From: Candidatus Aminicenantes bacterium
GTDB lineage: Bacteria; Acidobacteriota; Aminicenantia; Aminicenantales; Saccharicenantaceae
Direction of reading: 5' to 3'
NCBI GenBank assembly: GCA_963805045.1
Contig: CAWDTC010000025.1
Coordinates: forward strand, 42,372 to 106,371
DNA: 64,000 nucleotides
Shown here: in pieces, positions 45,600 through 57,204 of the stretch
Numbering within the stretch: position 1 is the first letter of the stretch
Layout of the letters: each line of letters starts with the position of its first letter
Made by a program: the position numbers and the translations under genes
The notes under the pieces: model-generated
What the model saw: only the letters and a program-made list of their open reading frames with translations
Told to the model about the DNA's origin: nothing
Database searches by the model: none

Positions 45600-45667
45600 C
45601 GGCGTCCCTCTCGTCCGGCGTTCGATGACCTTACTATACGGATTTTCGCCCGCCGCATAAAGAGAAA

Positions 45668-45940
45668 AGAGGGACCGTCCCCTGCGGGGACGGTCCCTCT
45701 TGATCCAATGTCGGACGGGAGGAGAGCCGGAGGCCGAAGGGGAATGGCCGGAACGTCATGTGCGGCTTAGCGCAAGTGGCGACAAGGCCGCTCGAAAGAC
45801 CCCGTTTGGAAGGGGACCCGTCCCGTTCCGCCACGGAACGGGACGGGGGAACCGGGACAGGTTCCCGGGGCCGGGGGATAAGAACGGCCTTGTCGCCACT
45901 TCACCTGGACCCGCGCTAGGGCGGGAACGCTCGACCTCTT
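45668..45940. repeat. Copy 2 of the two-copy structured element, with a perfect 15-bp-stem palindrome at 45668-45700
   Basis: Stem AGAGGGACCGTCCCC / GGGGACGGTCCCTCT with loop TGC. The 27-nt module 45739-45765 is the reverse complement of 15015-15041. Core 45766-45907 aligns with 15057-15185. Confidence 0.5.
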
Positions 45941-45950
45941 GACCCGATGG

Positions 45951-45979
45951 TTGAACATCGCCGCGGAGTGCGCTAATAT
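45951..45979 (+). promoter_or_regulatory. Candidate sigma70 promoter TTGAAC-17-TAATAT for the NYN/LOTUS gene
   Basis: Followed by a 40-nt leader with a GGGGAGAAACCCC hairpin and a weak RBS before the ATG at 46021. Confidence 0.45.
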
Positions 45980-46020
45980 GAGGGGAGAAACCCCGAAGGC
46001 ACGGACGAAAGGACAGAACC

Positions 46021-46881
46021 ATGGTCGAGAACTTCATCGGCGAGAAGACGCGCAAGGTGGCCCTGCTCATCGACGGCGACAACGCCCAGCCGTCCCTCAT
46101 CCACCAGATCCTGACCGAGGCCGGCAAGTACGGCCTGGTGACCATCCGCCGCATCTACGGCGACTGGACGACGACGAGCATGGGCGGCTGGAAAGCGGCC
46201 CTCCACGACAGCGCCATCCAGCCCATCCAGCAGTTCCGCTACACGATCGGCAAGAACGCCACCGACAGCGCCATGATCATCGACGCCATGGACATCCTCC
46301 ACGACCACTTCGTCGACGGCTTCTGCATCGTTTCGAGCGACAGCGACTACACGCGCCTGGCGACGCGGATCCGGGAGGCCGGGTTCTTCGTCATGGGCAT
46401 CGGCAAGCGCTCGACGCCCAAGGCCTTCGTCAACGGCTGCAACGTCTTCATCTACACGGAGAACCTGGTGCCGCGGGAGCGGGAGACACGGCGGCGCGAC
46501 CGGGGCGGGGCGGCGAGGAAGGGCGGCGGCAAGGACGCCGGCAAGGACAGCGGGAAAGAGGCGCGGGAGGCGCGGGAGGCGCGCGAGGACCAGGAGGAGC
46601 GCGAGGAGAAGGGCCGAAAGTTCGACCCCGTGCCGCTCCTGCGGGCCGCCTTCGACATGGCCGTCCACGAGGACGGCTGGGCCAACCTGGGCGAGCTCGG
46701 CTTCTACCTCCGCCAGCTCGACCCCGGCTTCGACCCCCGCACGTACGGCTTCAAGCAGCTTTCCCAGCTCATCAAGAGCCAGCCCGCCCTGTTCGAGGTC
46801 CGGGCGCGCGACGAGGAGGGCGGCGGCTCGGCCGTCTACGCCCGGCTCAGGGAGGGCCGCGACGAGCCCGAGAAGGCCTAG
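46021..46881 (+). CDS. NYN-domain (LabA-like) nuclease with a C-terminal OST-HTH/LOTUS domain
   Basis: Intact 286-aa ORF; VALLIDGDNAQ...SSDSDYTRL core; Arg/Lys/Glu-rich linker; C-terminal LOTUS-like region (WANLGELGFYLRQL). Confidence 0.85.
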   Translation: MVENFIGEKTRKVALLIDGDNAQPSLIHQILTEAGKYGLVTIRRIYGDWTTTSMGGWKAALHDSAIQPIQQFRYTIGKNATDSAMIIDAMDILHDHFVDGFCIVSSDSDYTRLATRIREAGFFVMGIGKRSTPKAFVNGCNVFIYTENLVPRERETRRRDRGGAARKGGGKDAGKDSGKEAREAREAREDQEEREEKGRKFDPVPLLRAAFDMAVHEDGWANLGELGFYLRQLDPGFDPRTYGFKQLSQLIKSQPALFEVRARDEEGGGSAVYARLREGRDEPEKA

Positions 46882-48990
46882 AGCTTGACCCTGTAGCTGA
46901 GGACGAACGCCACCTTCATCCTCGCCCCGAAGTCCGGGTCCGAGGCGGCCCCGGCCCGGAGCGGGAAGAGGACCTTCAGTCCGAAATCGAGCTTCTCCAG
47001 CCAACCCGTCAGGTTATAGACGAGCGGCATCTCAAGCCCCGTCGTCAGGAAGGCCCGGCGGAGGTCCGTCCGCCCGGCCCAGTATTCGAAGCCGATCAGC
47101 CGTAGGGTCACGATGTTCGCCCGCGGCAGGTGGCACTCCAGCGTGAGCGGGGAGACCTCGACCGTCGCCGCCGCGGTCCGCGCCTCCGTGGCGTTCGCGG
47201 ACAGGTTGGTGCGGACGACGCCGAGGCTCACCGAGGGCCGCCAGTTGACGAAGTCCAGGAAGCGGTTGAATTTCTGCGCACTCCAGGCGCCCGGGCTGAA
47301 CTCGAGCGCGGCGCCGCCCGTGCCCGGCGCCCCGCCGTAGGACGCCGTCAGGGCCAGCTGCGGCTCCCATTTTTTCCCCGGCATGTCCTTCGGGTCGATG
47401 AAGCGCGGCGTGACGTCCTCGACCCGCCCGCCGCGGACGTGGACGAGGAGATAGTGGTGGCCGAAGCGGGCCGTGGCGTCCCGCACCTCGATGGACCTCC
47501 CGGCCGCCGGCCCGGTTTCGTTCTTGAGTTTCTCGTTGTAGAGGCTCTCCCGGAGCTTGATCGTTTTGTAGGTGATCGGACCCGCCTTGAAAGGCCCGCC
47601 CCCGCCGCCGGAGATCGTCCAGCGGAGGGAATGGTCCGGCTGCCCCGGCGCCCTCGCGACGATGGTGAAGTTCTCGTACCGGTGGACGCAGGCGCTGAAG
47701 AAGACGGGCGCGTCCGAAAAGAGGATCTCGTCCATGAGCGTCGGGTCGCCCTTCTCCTGCGGCGCCTGGGGCAGGCCGAGGCCGAGCCAGGAATTGTATT
47801 CGATCCCCAGGCTGTACGGGTTCCGGGCCGTATTGAAGAACGAGTGATGCATCATCGGGACGAGGGTCTCGCCGCGCTCCCGGGCGTAGGCCATGACGGC
47901 CTCGGCGAACGCTTCCTGGCCGTTGTAGGGGCTGAGGCTGTAGAGGTTCAGCCGGTGCTGGTCCTTCTTCGCCGGATAGATGGCCTGCTTGAGCCCGGCG
48001 AAGACCGGATAGTGCCAGCCGCGCGACATGGAGTCGAGGACGAGGTAGACGACGCCGCCCGTCTCGAACGCATAGCAGATCATGTTGTCGGAATTCAGGA
48101 CGGGAAGGGTGCCGTAGCCGGCGTTCCGGAAGACGAGGCGCCAGCTTCGCGGCCAGCCGGGCGCGGGCGGGCTCGAATTCCGCCGCGTCGAGGGACGGGC
48201 GGTCGTAGAGCTTGAGACGGTAGCGGCCGTCGTCGCCGAGACGATAGCTCTCCTCCAGGACGCCGCGGTCGGCCGGGTCCGAGAGCTTGCCGAGCACGGC
48301 GCGGAACGTCTCCGCCGCGAGGTCGGACGGGACGGGATAGAGGATGCGAGGGTCGGCGATCCACTCGTCCCAGCCGAAGAACCTCTTGAAATTGGCGATG
48401 CCGAGGGGGGAGTCGAAGAGGTCCTTGTAGCGGTCCTGGGGATGGAACCGGAAACTCAGGATCTCGTGATTGCCGAGGGCCGGGAAGATCGGCTTGTCCC
48501 GGACCAGGGCGGCGATGTTGGGATAGGACCGGCCGTCCGGGTCGCGGCCGGAGAAGGCCCGGGCCAGGGCCTCCCACTGCCTCCGGCCGGTCCCTTCCTC
48601 GACCATGTCGCCGAGGAGGATGACGAACCGGATCCGGTCGTAATAGCGCTTCCCGGTCTTCGGGTCGACGTCCTTCTCGATGTCCCCGGCGATGGCCTCG
48701 AAGACGTCGTGGCTCAGATTGCGGGGGCTGTTCTGGATGTCCCCGATGAGGACGAAATAGTAGTCGTCGAGCGCGCCGGGCGACGAGGCGCGGTCGAGGA
48801 AGCCGCGGACGCGCTCGAGGTTCCCGTCCCGGAACCGCGCCGCCTCGGCGGCGGCCGGCTCCCGGGGCGGCTCGCCCGGCCCGGCGGCGCGCGCCGCGGG
48901 CGCGAGGGCCAGCACTGCCGACAGGGCGACGACGAATGCGCCGAGGCCCGTCCTGAGGGAGTCGTTCTTTCGCGGCACGATGCCAACCAT
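46878..48990 (-). CDS. Secreted calcineurin-like metallophosphoesterase with a C-terminal beta-rich extension (one frame break near 48080)
   Basis: Signal peptide MVGIVPRKNDSL...LALAPAARAAG. GDxxD/GNHE motifs (VLIGDIQN, LLGDMVEEG, ALGNHEI) in ORF 47032-48990; C-terminal 400 aa in ORF 46878-48083. Confidence 0.7.
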
Positions 48991-49083
48991 TATACTCCGC
49001 CCGGTTTTCCGGCCGAAGTCGCGGGGCCGGCCGCGGGGGCTCCGGCCGTCCTCGGCGGGCCGTGAGGGTGCGTTCCGTCACCC

Positions 49084-49113
49084 TTGTCACTCCGGACGGA
49101 TTTTCCATATAAT
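49084..49113 (+). promoter_or_regulatory. Candidate sigma70 promoter TTGTCA-18-TATAAT for the alpha-galactosidase gene
   Basis: About 22 nt upstream of the RBS AGGAGG and the ATG at 49135. Confidence 0.5.
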
Positions 49114-49134
49114 CGGGGCCTCTAGGAGGCACAG

Positions 49135-50340
49135 ATGAAAACACATCGCAAGGCATCGATTGCCGCGGCCGCGGCGCTTCTGGCCGCGGCCCTCTTTTTC
49201 GGCCCGGGCACGCCGCCATCCGGGCCCTGCCGAACGGCCTGGCCCTGACCCCGCCCATGGGCTGGAACAGCTGGAACAAGTTCGGCTGCAACGTCAGCGA
49301 GAAGGCCGTCCGGGCCGCCGCCGACGCGATGGTCGCGAGCGGCATGCGCGACGCCGGCTACCAGTACGTCGTCATCGACGACTGCTGGCAGGTCGACCGC
49401 GACGCCAAGGGGAACATCATCGCCGACGCCAAAGCGCTTCCCCTCGGGCATCAAGGCCCTGGCCGACTACGTCCACTCCAAGGGCCTGAAGTTCGGCATC
49501 TACTCCGACGCCGGGACGAAGACCTGCGCCGGGCCGTCCCGGGAGCTGGGGCTACGAGTTCCAGGACGCCCGGCAGTACGCCGAGTGGGGCGTCGACTAC
49601 CTGAAGTACGACTGGTGCAACAACGGCGGCCAGAATTCCGCGGCCGCCTATTCCCGGATGCGCGACGCCCTGAGGGCCAGCGGCCGGCCGATCGTCTTCA
49701 GCATCTGCGAGTGGGGCAGCACCAAGCCCTGGCCCTGGGCCCAGGCCATCGGCAACCTGTGGCGCACGACCGGCGACATCCAGGACATCTGGGAGGTGCA
49801 AGAAGGAGCGACGGCGGGCTCGGCGTCGTCCAGATCCTCGACCTGCAGGTCGGGCTCGAGGCCTACGCCGGGCCCGGCCACTGGAACGACCCCGACATGC
49901 TCGAGGTCGGCAACGGCGGCATGACCGACAGCCGAGTACCGGGCCCACTTCAGCTTCTGGTGCCTGCTCGCGGCGCCGCTCATGGCCGGCAACGACCTCC
50001 GCGCATGACGCCCGCGATCGCGCGAGATCCTGACCAACCACGAGGTCATCGCCGTCGACCAGGACCCGCTCGGCAAGCAGGGGCGCAAGGTCCGCGACGA
50101 CGGCGACCTCGAGGTCTGGGCCAAGGCCGCTCGCCGACGGGAGCCGGGCGGTCATCCTCTTCAACCGGAGCGCGAAGCCGGCCGCCGTACCGCGTCAGCT
50201 GGACCGAGCTCGGCTACCCGAAGACGCTCGAGGCCAAGGTCCGCGACCTCTGGAAGCACAAGGACATGGGGGCGTTCAAGGGGGGCTTCCAGGCGACGGT
50301 CGCCCCGCACGGCGTCGTCATGGTCCGGATCACTCCCTGA
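49135..50340 (+). CDS. Secreted alpha-galactosidase (GH27), multiple frame breaks
   Basis: RBS AGGAGG then ATG at 49135 and a signal peptide. GH27 motifs [47 protein letters not shown] and the LEVGNGGMT region, spread across 4 frames. Confidence 0.8.
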
Positions 50341-50363
50341 GCCCGGGGCACGTGGACGGGGGT

Positions 50364-50387
50364 GCCGCCCGTCATTCGACGGGCGGC
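50364..50387 (+). terminator. Perfect 10-bp GC hairpin (GCCGCCCGTC attc GACGGGCGGC) 24 nt after the alpha-galactosidase stop
   Basis: Stem-loop seen in the sequence; no U-tract, which is common in GC-rich genomes. Confidence 0.35.
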
Positions 50388-50474
50388 GCGCGGGTCCGGG
50401 CCTCGGCAATACCTTCAGGGTTGCCCCCGGTCCTGCGCCGGTGGTAGACTGAAGGCCGACAAGGAGGGGATAAC

Positions 50475-50740
50475 ATGAGCGCTTGGAAAAAGTACGCCGC
50501 GGAATACGAGGCCCAGCCTTTCCGCCCATTCCGCTTGCACTTGGCTGATGGCCGGGAACTACAGGTGCTTTCTCGAGAGTTTCTTGGCGTTCTCCCCAGC
50601 GGCGCACGATCTTCATTTATCATCCGGACGAGTCGTTTGACATTGTTGACTTGCTCCTGGTCACGGACTTGGAGTTCGGCGTTCCGCCTGGAATGCGGGG
50701 TAAGCGGCGGCGTTCCCGCGGGTAGCCGACGGCCCTTGCG
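50475..50740 (+). CDS. Small hypothetical protein (about 85-90 aa after correcting one frame break)
   Basis: Strong RBS AAGGAGG 7 nt before the ATG. MSAWKKYAAEYEAQPFRPFRLHLADGRELQVLSREFLGV... then a frame break; the ORF-track tail is the antisense strand of an FG-GAP remnant. Confidence 0.35.
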
Positions 50741-50744
50741 GAAT

Positions 50745-50862
50745 CACCTTCCCGGCTGGCTGAGAAAGCGGAACGTCCCCTTCTTATTGCTGACGATCAC
50801 GTCAGGGATGCCGTCGCCGTTGAAATCGCCGACAAACGTGAGGAGGTTGTCGGAATACTGCG
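50745..50862 (-). pseudogene. Start-less remnant of an FG-GAP/VCBS-repeat protein
   Basis: Reads [39 protein letters not shown] immediately after the gap stop, with no start codon. Confidence 0.3.
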
Positions 50863-50863
50863 G

Positions 50864-51973
<1,110 letters not shown>

Positions 51974-52135
51974 TTAAGTCAAGCCGGCTGCCGCTCTGCG
52001 GCAGCCCGGAATTCAGGATTATACCGGCCGCGGACCCGCCGACAACGGGGGGACTTCCGCACGATCGCCTGCGGTTTCGCGCCCCCTACTCCAGTTGCTC
52101 CCGGCCTGTATTGTGGTAGAATAGTCCACGATGCG

Positions 52136-52702
52136 ATGGAGGATCGTGCCGTGAGCGTGGGAACTGTAACTCTGGTCACTGCCGACGAGCTTGGGCGGAT
52201 GCCCAACAGCCGCGCCTGCGAGTTGGTTGAAGGAGTGATAAAGAGAATGTCGCCAGCCGGTTGGAAGCACGGAGAGGTTAGCGCAGACTTTGTGAGGCGA
52301 TTGGCCCAACACGTGAAGGACCACGACTTGGGCAAGATGTTTTCCACGGAGACCGGCTTTACCATTGCCCGCGACCCCGACACGGTCCGGGCCCCGGACG
52401 CGGCGTTCATCCGCAAGGATCACCTTCCGGCCACGCCGCCGGAGGAGGCCTTCTGGCCCGGCCCGCCCGACTTGGCCGTCGAGGTGGTCTCGCCCGGCGA
52501 CACCACGGGGGAAATCGACGACAAGGTGAAGGCCTGGCTGGACGCCGGCTCGGCGATGGTGTGGGTCGTCAATCCCAAGTGGCGGAGCGTGACGGTCTAC
52601 CGCTCGGCAGCCGACATCAAGACCCTGACGGAAAACGACGAGCTGAGCGGCCAGGACGTGCTGCCGGGGTTCCGCTGCCGGCTGCGCGAGATCTTCGTGT
52701 AA
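52136..52702 (+). CDS. Uma2-family (DUF820) putative endonuclease
   Basis: MEDRAVSVGTVTLVTADELGRMPNSRACELVEGVI...PDAAFIRKDH...DLAVEVVSPGD is typical of Uma2. The ORF-track N-terminal extension is an antisense reading of gap. Confidence 0.75.
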   Translation: MEDRAVSVGTVTLVTADELGRMPNSRACELVEGVIKRMSPAGWKHGEVSADFVRRLAQHVKDHDLGKMFSTETGFTIARDPDTVRAPDAAFIRKDHLPATPPEEAFWPGPPDLAVEVVSPGDTTGEIDDKVKAWLDAGSAMVWVVNPKWRSVTVYRSAADIKTLTENDELSGQDVLPGFRCRLREIFV

Positions 52703-52720
52703 CGAGCATGTCTGCCGCGC

Positions 52721-53584
52721 TCAGCGATGCCGCGGCTCTACTTGGCGGCCGGTTCGGGCAGGCCCTCGTCCGGCTTGGGATGGCGGCGGCTTGGCTTCCG
52801 GCTTGGCCGCCTTCTTCTTGGGGCCGGTCAACGGTTCGGCCAATTCGATCTTCACTTCGCTGGCCAGGGCGACCGGTCCCGGCCGGTTCGGCGGCGTCAT
52901 TCCCTTGACCGAGACCTTGTCCCCATTGCGGACAAGGTTCAAGTCGGTCAGGTCGACGCTGATCTTCGGCTCGTCGGCCAACTCGAACTGGACGGTGGTG
53001 CGGCCGGCGCGGACCGAGAGTTTGCCGCCGCGGCCGACGATCAGTCCGCCGAGGATGCGGTAGGTGCCTGCGGCGGGGCCTTTGCCGCCGGCCGCCGCGG
53101 CGTGTTTGGCGTGTTTGCCGTCGGCGGCCCCGGCGTTGCCGCCCAACTCGCCTCCCTGGCCGCCGGAATCGCCCTGGCCGTCGCCGCGCCGCCGGCCGGG
53201 AAGAGCCCCAACTTTCTCCTTGCCGGGCGTGGTGACGGTCAGCTCGGCGACTTTCCCTTGCGCCACGCCGTGATTGTCGATCTCCGCCTGGAACTCCACC
53301 ACCAGTCCGGCGGTCCGAGCGGAGAAAGTCGGCCGAGGCCGTGCCGGTCACGTGGACGCGTGGCGCTGGCGGAACGGCGATTTGCCAGCTTTGATTCTTG
53401 TCGTCCAGCAGCAGGATGACGCCCCGCCCGACGCCCTCGAACAGTGCCCTGCACGGTCGACCGGTTTCGCTTGCGGGGCTGGTTGCCGGCCGGGTCCGCG
53501 GGGCATCATCTGCGCCGCGCAGCGCGCGCCGCCAAGCCCGAGCCGCCAACGCGCCGCGGCCAAGGAGAGGAAGCGGAACAACAT
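52721..53584 (-). CDS. Secreted protein with a repeated beta-rich domain of about 55 aa and a Lys/Pro/Ala-rich tail (paralog of the next gene; frameshifted)
   Basis: RBS AAGGAG then ATG at 53584 and a signal-like MLFRFLSLAAARWRLGLGGA. C-terminal KISVDLTDLNLVRNGDKVSVKG...IELAEPLTGPKKKAAKPEAKPPP. Confidence 0.45.
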
Positions 53585-53590
53585 GGCACG

Positions 53591-54839
53591 CTACTCCTTC
53601 TTCTCCGGTTTCTTCTCCGGCTGCTTTTCCGGTTTCGGCCAGCGAGTAATAACGCGCCGCGCCGGTCTCATCCACAAAGAACATGACGTTGCCGTAGAAC
53701 CAGAGCTGCCAGGCGAGCTGCGTCTTCTGGCCGTCGGGGCCCTCGCTGATGAGGTGGGGAATGGCGATATGGTCGGGCTGACCGAACTTGTCCACGATGT
53801 CCTTGGTCGGCTCGGGCCGGCAGGGGGTGAACTCCAGGGCGGCTGCCGTCCTTGGTAGCTCACTTTCATGCCGTGCTTGCCCACCAATTCGGCCGGGGGC
53901 AATTGCAGAAATTGCACGAGTTGCTGGGCCTTGTCCGGCTTGCCGGCCGGCGGGTTGGCCGCCCCGCCGGGCTGGGCCGTCTCCGCGGGCGACTTGGCCG
54001 TCTCTTCGCCCGGCTTGTCGGCGGGCCGCTTGGCGACCGGGTGCCTGCGCCTTCTTGGCCGACCCGGTCAACGGCGCCGCCAGGTCGATGCGGACCTCCA
54101 GGGCCTGGATCGTGCTCCCGCCGGCGCCGAACTGATTGCCGATCACTTCAATCGCGTCGCCGACCCTGGCAAGGGAGTAGTCGTTCAGATCGACGGCGAC
54201 CTTGGGGTTCTCGGCCAACTCGACCAGCAGCTTGCGCCTGGAAGTGCTGGGTGAGGACGTTGACCGTCATCTTTCCCGCCCGATTGCTGAGGATGCGGCC
54301 GTGGATCTCGAGTTTCTCGCGCGGCCTTTTTCCCCTTGCCCGCGCCCGGCAGGTCGCACCGGGCAGTCCGCCGCCGGACTCCGGCGCGCGCGGCGCGCCG
54401 CCGGTCCCGCCCCGGGGATGGGCATGGGTCCGTCCGTGTGCTCGCGGGGGGGAATGGTGCCGGGGGCGGGGGTCCGCGGGTCGGGAGGCGTCACTCCCAG
54501 TGTCCGATCCGGCGTCTGCCCCGGCGTAAACACCGTCAGCGCCCCGACCTTCTCCTGCACGTGCCCGCTTTATCCACCGTGCCGATGAAACGCACGTAGA
54601 CGCCCGGCACGAGGATGTCCGGATCGGCCATGCCCAGAAGCCGCGTCTCCGTCTTGGGAGTCATCCCCAACGTGCAGCTCTGCCCGGAGGAGGTCGTCAG
54701 CAGGATCTTTCCCTGCCCGATTGCGGTGATGCTCCCCCGGATGCCGATCCGCAAAGGCTTGGGGCCAGGCCTGCTGGGCCTGGAGCGACGGCAAAGCGGC
54801 CAACACCAGACACACGGCGAAGAGACTGCGGCAAGTCAC
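53591..54839 (-). CDS. Secreted protein with about three copies of the same roughly 55-aa domain and a PEKQPEKKPEKKE tail (frameshifted)
   Basis: Signal peptide MTCRSLFAVCLVLAALPSLQAQQ at 54839. Domain copies ITAIGQGKILLTTSSGQS..., VAVDLNDYSLARVGDAIEVIGNQ...IDLAAPLTGSAKKAQAP and others across 4 frames. Confidence 0.45.
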
Positions 54840-54981
54840 GGTGCCACTCCCATGATAGGATTGCGGGAGGAAAGAGAGTACAGTCCGCCCCCCTTAGGAT
54901 ACCCCCAAACGTTGTGTTTGACCAGTGATCCTGTAAAATAGATGCCTCCCCAACAGTGTAATTCTACAATTCCCCAGAACG

Positions 54982-55782
54982 ATGAATCCAGAAGATCCAC
55001 AAATCACGGTCCCGCAATTCACCGCCATGAAGTCCGCCGGGCGGAAGATCACGATGCTGACGGCCTACGACTATGCCCTGGCCGGGCTAGTCGATACGAC
55101 CGGCATCGAGGGGATTCTGGTCGGCGACAGCCTCTCGATGGTGGTCCAAGGTCACGCCACCACGCTGCCGGTCACCCTGGAGGAAATGGTCTATCATGCC
55201 GAGATGGTGGGCCGGGCGGTGCGGCACGCCCTGGTGGTCGTCGACATGCCCTTCCCCAGCTTCCACCTCGGCGTGTACAAGGCCATCGAGAACGCCGGCC
55301 GCATCCTCAAGGAGACCCGCTGCCAGGCGGTGAAGCTCGAAGGCGGCAGCGAGCAGGCCGAGGTGATCGCCGGGCTGGTCTCGGCGGGCATCCCGGTGAT
55401 GGCCCATTGCGGGCTGCGCCGCAGAGCATCCACCAGCTCGGCGGCTACCGCGTGCAGCGCGACGAGCGGCAACTGCTGGCCGACGCCCAGGCCGCCGAGC
55501 ACTCCGGCGCGTTCGCCATCGTCCTGGAGTGCATTCCCGCCGAGACGGCCGCCCGGATCACCGCCGCGGTGAAGATTCCCACCATCGGCATCGGCGCCGG
55601 GGCGGGCTGCGACGGGCAGATCCTCGTCCTCCACGATCTGCTCGGGCCTGAGCCCCGGCCACACGCCCCGGCACGTCAAGGCGTACGCCGATCTGAGCAA
55701 GACCATTATCGACGCCGTCACCCGCTACCGCGACGAAGTCCGCGAGGGGAAGTTTCCGGGAGAGGAACACGCATTTTCGTAA
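54982..55782 (+). CDS. panB: 3-methyl-2-oxobutanoate hydroxymethyltransferase (ketopantoate hydroxymethyltransferase), one frame break near 55410
   Basis: [24 protein letters not shown] and KLEGG motifs. C-terminal half (...[10 protein letters not shown]...[15 protein letters not shown]) in a shifted frame; stop at 55780-55782. Confidence 0.85.
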
Positions 55783-55797
55783 CACCGGGGTGATGGG

Positions 55798-56265
55798 ATG
55801 GAGAGCGCGATGATGCCAATGTTGATTGCCTGGCCTCTTCCGAATCTCAAGCCCGAGGCCGACTGGAGCGAATCCGACCGCGAGATGGTCGATTTCATGC
55901 GAACCGCCTACGCCGAGGGTTATCGGCCCCGGATTCAGGAAGGCGACGGGGCGATTGCGGCCGGGGAACTCACGGGGCGGTCTGTGTTTCTGATTTGTCG
56001 CGGCCGAAACGGCTGGGAACCCCTGCTTGGCGACGGGGAACACACGGTTCGCCTCGGTCCAAGTTTTGGGCTCGAGGACTATGCGTGCGTATGCGTCCGG
56101 CCGCCGTTCCGCGCTGCTCGGCATCTCGCGTTGGAGTGGTTGCGCGGCCGGCCGTTTGCAGAGTTATTGTCGGACTTCGAGTTCGTCGGGGGACGGCCCG
56201 CGGGCATCATCCTGCGGTCCACCACAGCCGCCTCGTCTGCGACCGTGGCGGGCTGTCGCGAGTGA
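55798..56265 (+). CDS. Hypothetical protein (155 aa)
   Basis: Intact ORF; no recognisable domain. Confidence 0.45.
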   Translation: MESAMMPMLIAWPLPNLKPEADWSESDREMVDFMRTAYAEGYRPRIQEGDGAIAAGELTGRSVFLICRGRNGWEPLLGDGEHTVRLGPSFGLEDYACVCVRPPFRAARHLALEWLRGRPFAELLSDFEFVGGRPAGIILRSTTAASSATVAGCRE

Positions 56266-56273
56266 CGATTCCG

Positions 56274-56826
56274 TAGTGGCCAATCCCGGCGCCTCTGCCG
56301 GGGCGAGCCCGGCGGGGGCGATACGATTCCCACCTCCGCCCCTAGTGGTCAATCCTGCTTTCCGCCGGGACAAGCCCGGCGGGGGCGAAACGATTCCCAC
56401 CGGCACCTGTAGTAGCCAATCCTGCTTTCCGCCGGGACAAGCCCGGCGGGGAGCAATCTTGCTCTTGGCAGCGCTGGGAAGCGCCTGCCACGCGCCCCCG
56501 CCGGGCCTGCCCCGGCGGAGCGAAGGATTGGCCGACTACGGCCCATTTCCACCAGTCTGTTCCTCGCCCCCGCCGGGCCTGCCCCGGCGGAGCGAAGGAT
56601 TGGCCCACTACGGCCCATTTCCACCAGTTTCTTCGCCCCCGCCGGGCCTGCCCCGGCGGAGCGAAGGATTGGCCCACTACGGCCCATTTCCACCAGTTGT
56701 CCCGCCCCCGCCGGGCCTGCCCCGGCGGAGCGAAGGATTGGCCCACTACGGCCCATTTCCACTCAGTTGTCGGCTCCCCCCGCCGGGCCTGCCCCGGCGG
56801 AGCGAGGATTGGCCCACTACGCGTGC
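56274..56826. repeat. Array of about 70-bp hairpin-containing repeats: 3 diverged units in one orientation, then 5 units (period 69-72 bp) in the opposite orientation; REP/BIME-like
   Basis: Unit CGCCCCCGCCGGGCCTGCCCCGGCGGAGCGAAGGATTGGCCCACTACGGCCCATTTCCACCAGTT, with an 8-bp palindrome CCGCCGGG/CCCGGCGG. It fills the whole interval between the hypothetical gene and the transposase stop. Confidence 0.7.
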
Positions 56827-57190
56827 GGAATCGCCCCTAGATCGTATTCCCCGAACGTGCCAACATAGTATCCGAACTTAAAGACCCATTTCATCCCTTC
56901 GCGATACGCCAGGTTGTTCAGGAAGCGAACCGCGATCTCACCGGGCGAGTGGTCGGGCCGGCCGCCCAGCGCCAGATGAAGGTGATCGGAGAGGATCCCG
57001 ACGCGCGACAGCAGATAGCCGTGCTTTTCGCTCGACGGCGAGAATGTCGCCTTGGCGGGCCGCGATCCGCTCTTCCGAGAAATCCCGGAAGCGTTCGGCG
57101 CGGACCAGCACAATGTGCAGGTTGTACCAGTAAAGGGCGTGGTCGCCCTGCCGCGGCTGGGCGAGGTCAACCTGCGCGCGGCACACCTGA
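56817..57190 (-). CDS. IS200/IS605-like Y1 (HUH) transposase, copy 2 (frameshifted)
   Basis: HUH motif ...HGYLLSRVGILSDHLHLAL and tyrosine motif WVFKFGYYVGTFGEYDL in ORF 56817-57170. N-terminal YNLHIVLVRAERFRDFSEERIAAR is in the other frame. The stop lies inside the first repeat unit. Confidence 0.55.
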
Positions 57191-57204
57191 TGCGGCTCGA
57201 AAAC

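Noticed and set aside
56274-56826. Possible CRISPR array
   Set aside because: The variable segments between conserved blocks are only 13-17 nt and similar to each other. Units occur in both orientations. No cas genes are present. It is a REP/BIME-like tandem repeat instead.
56027-56881. 284-aa ORF with PPPGLPRRSEGLAHYGPFP repeats (and minus-strand ORFs 56342-56762)
   Set aside because: It is a direct translation of the 70-bp DNA repeat array. The periodicity is 69-72 nt (not always a multiple of 3), it has no RBS, and units occur in both orientations. It is not a collagen- or PPE-like gene.
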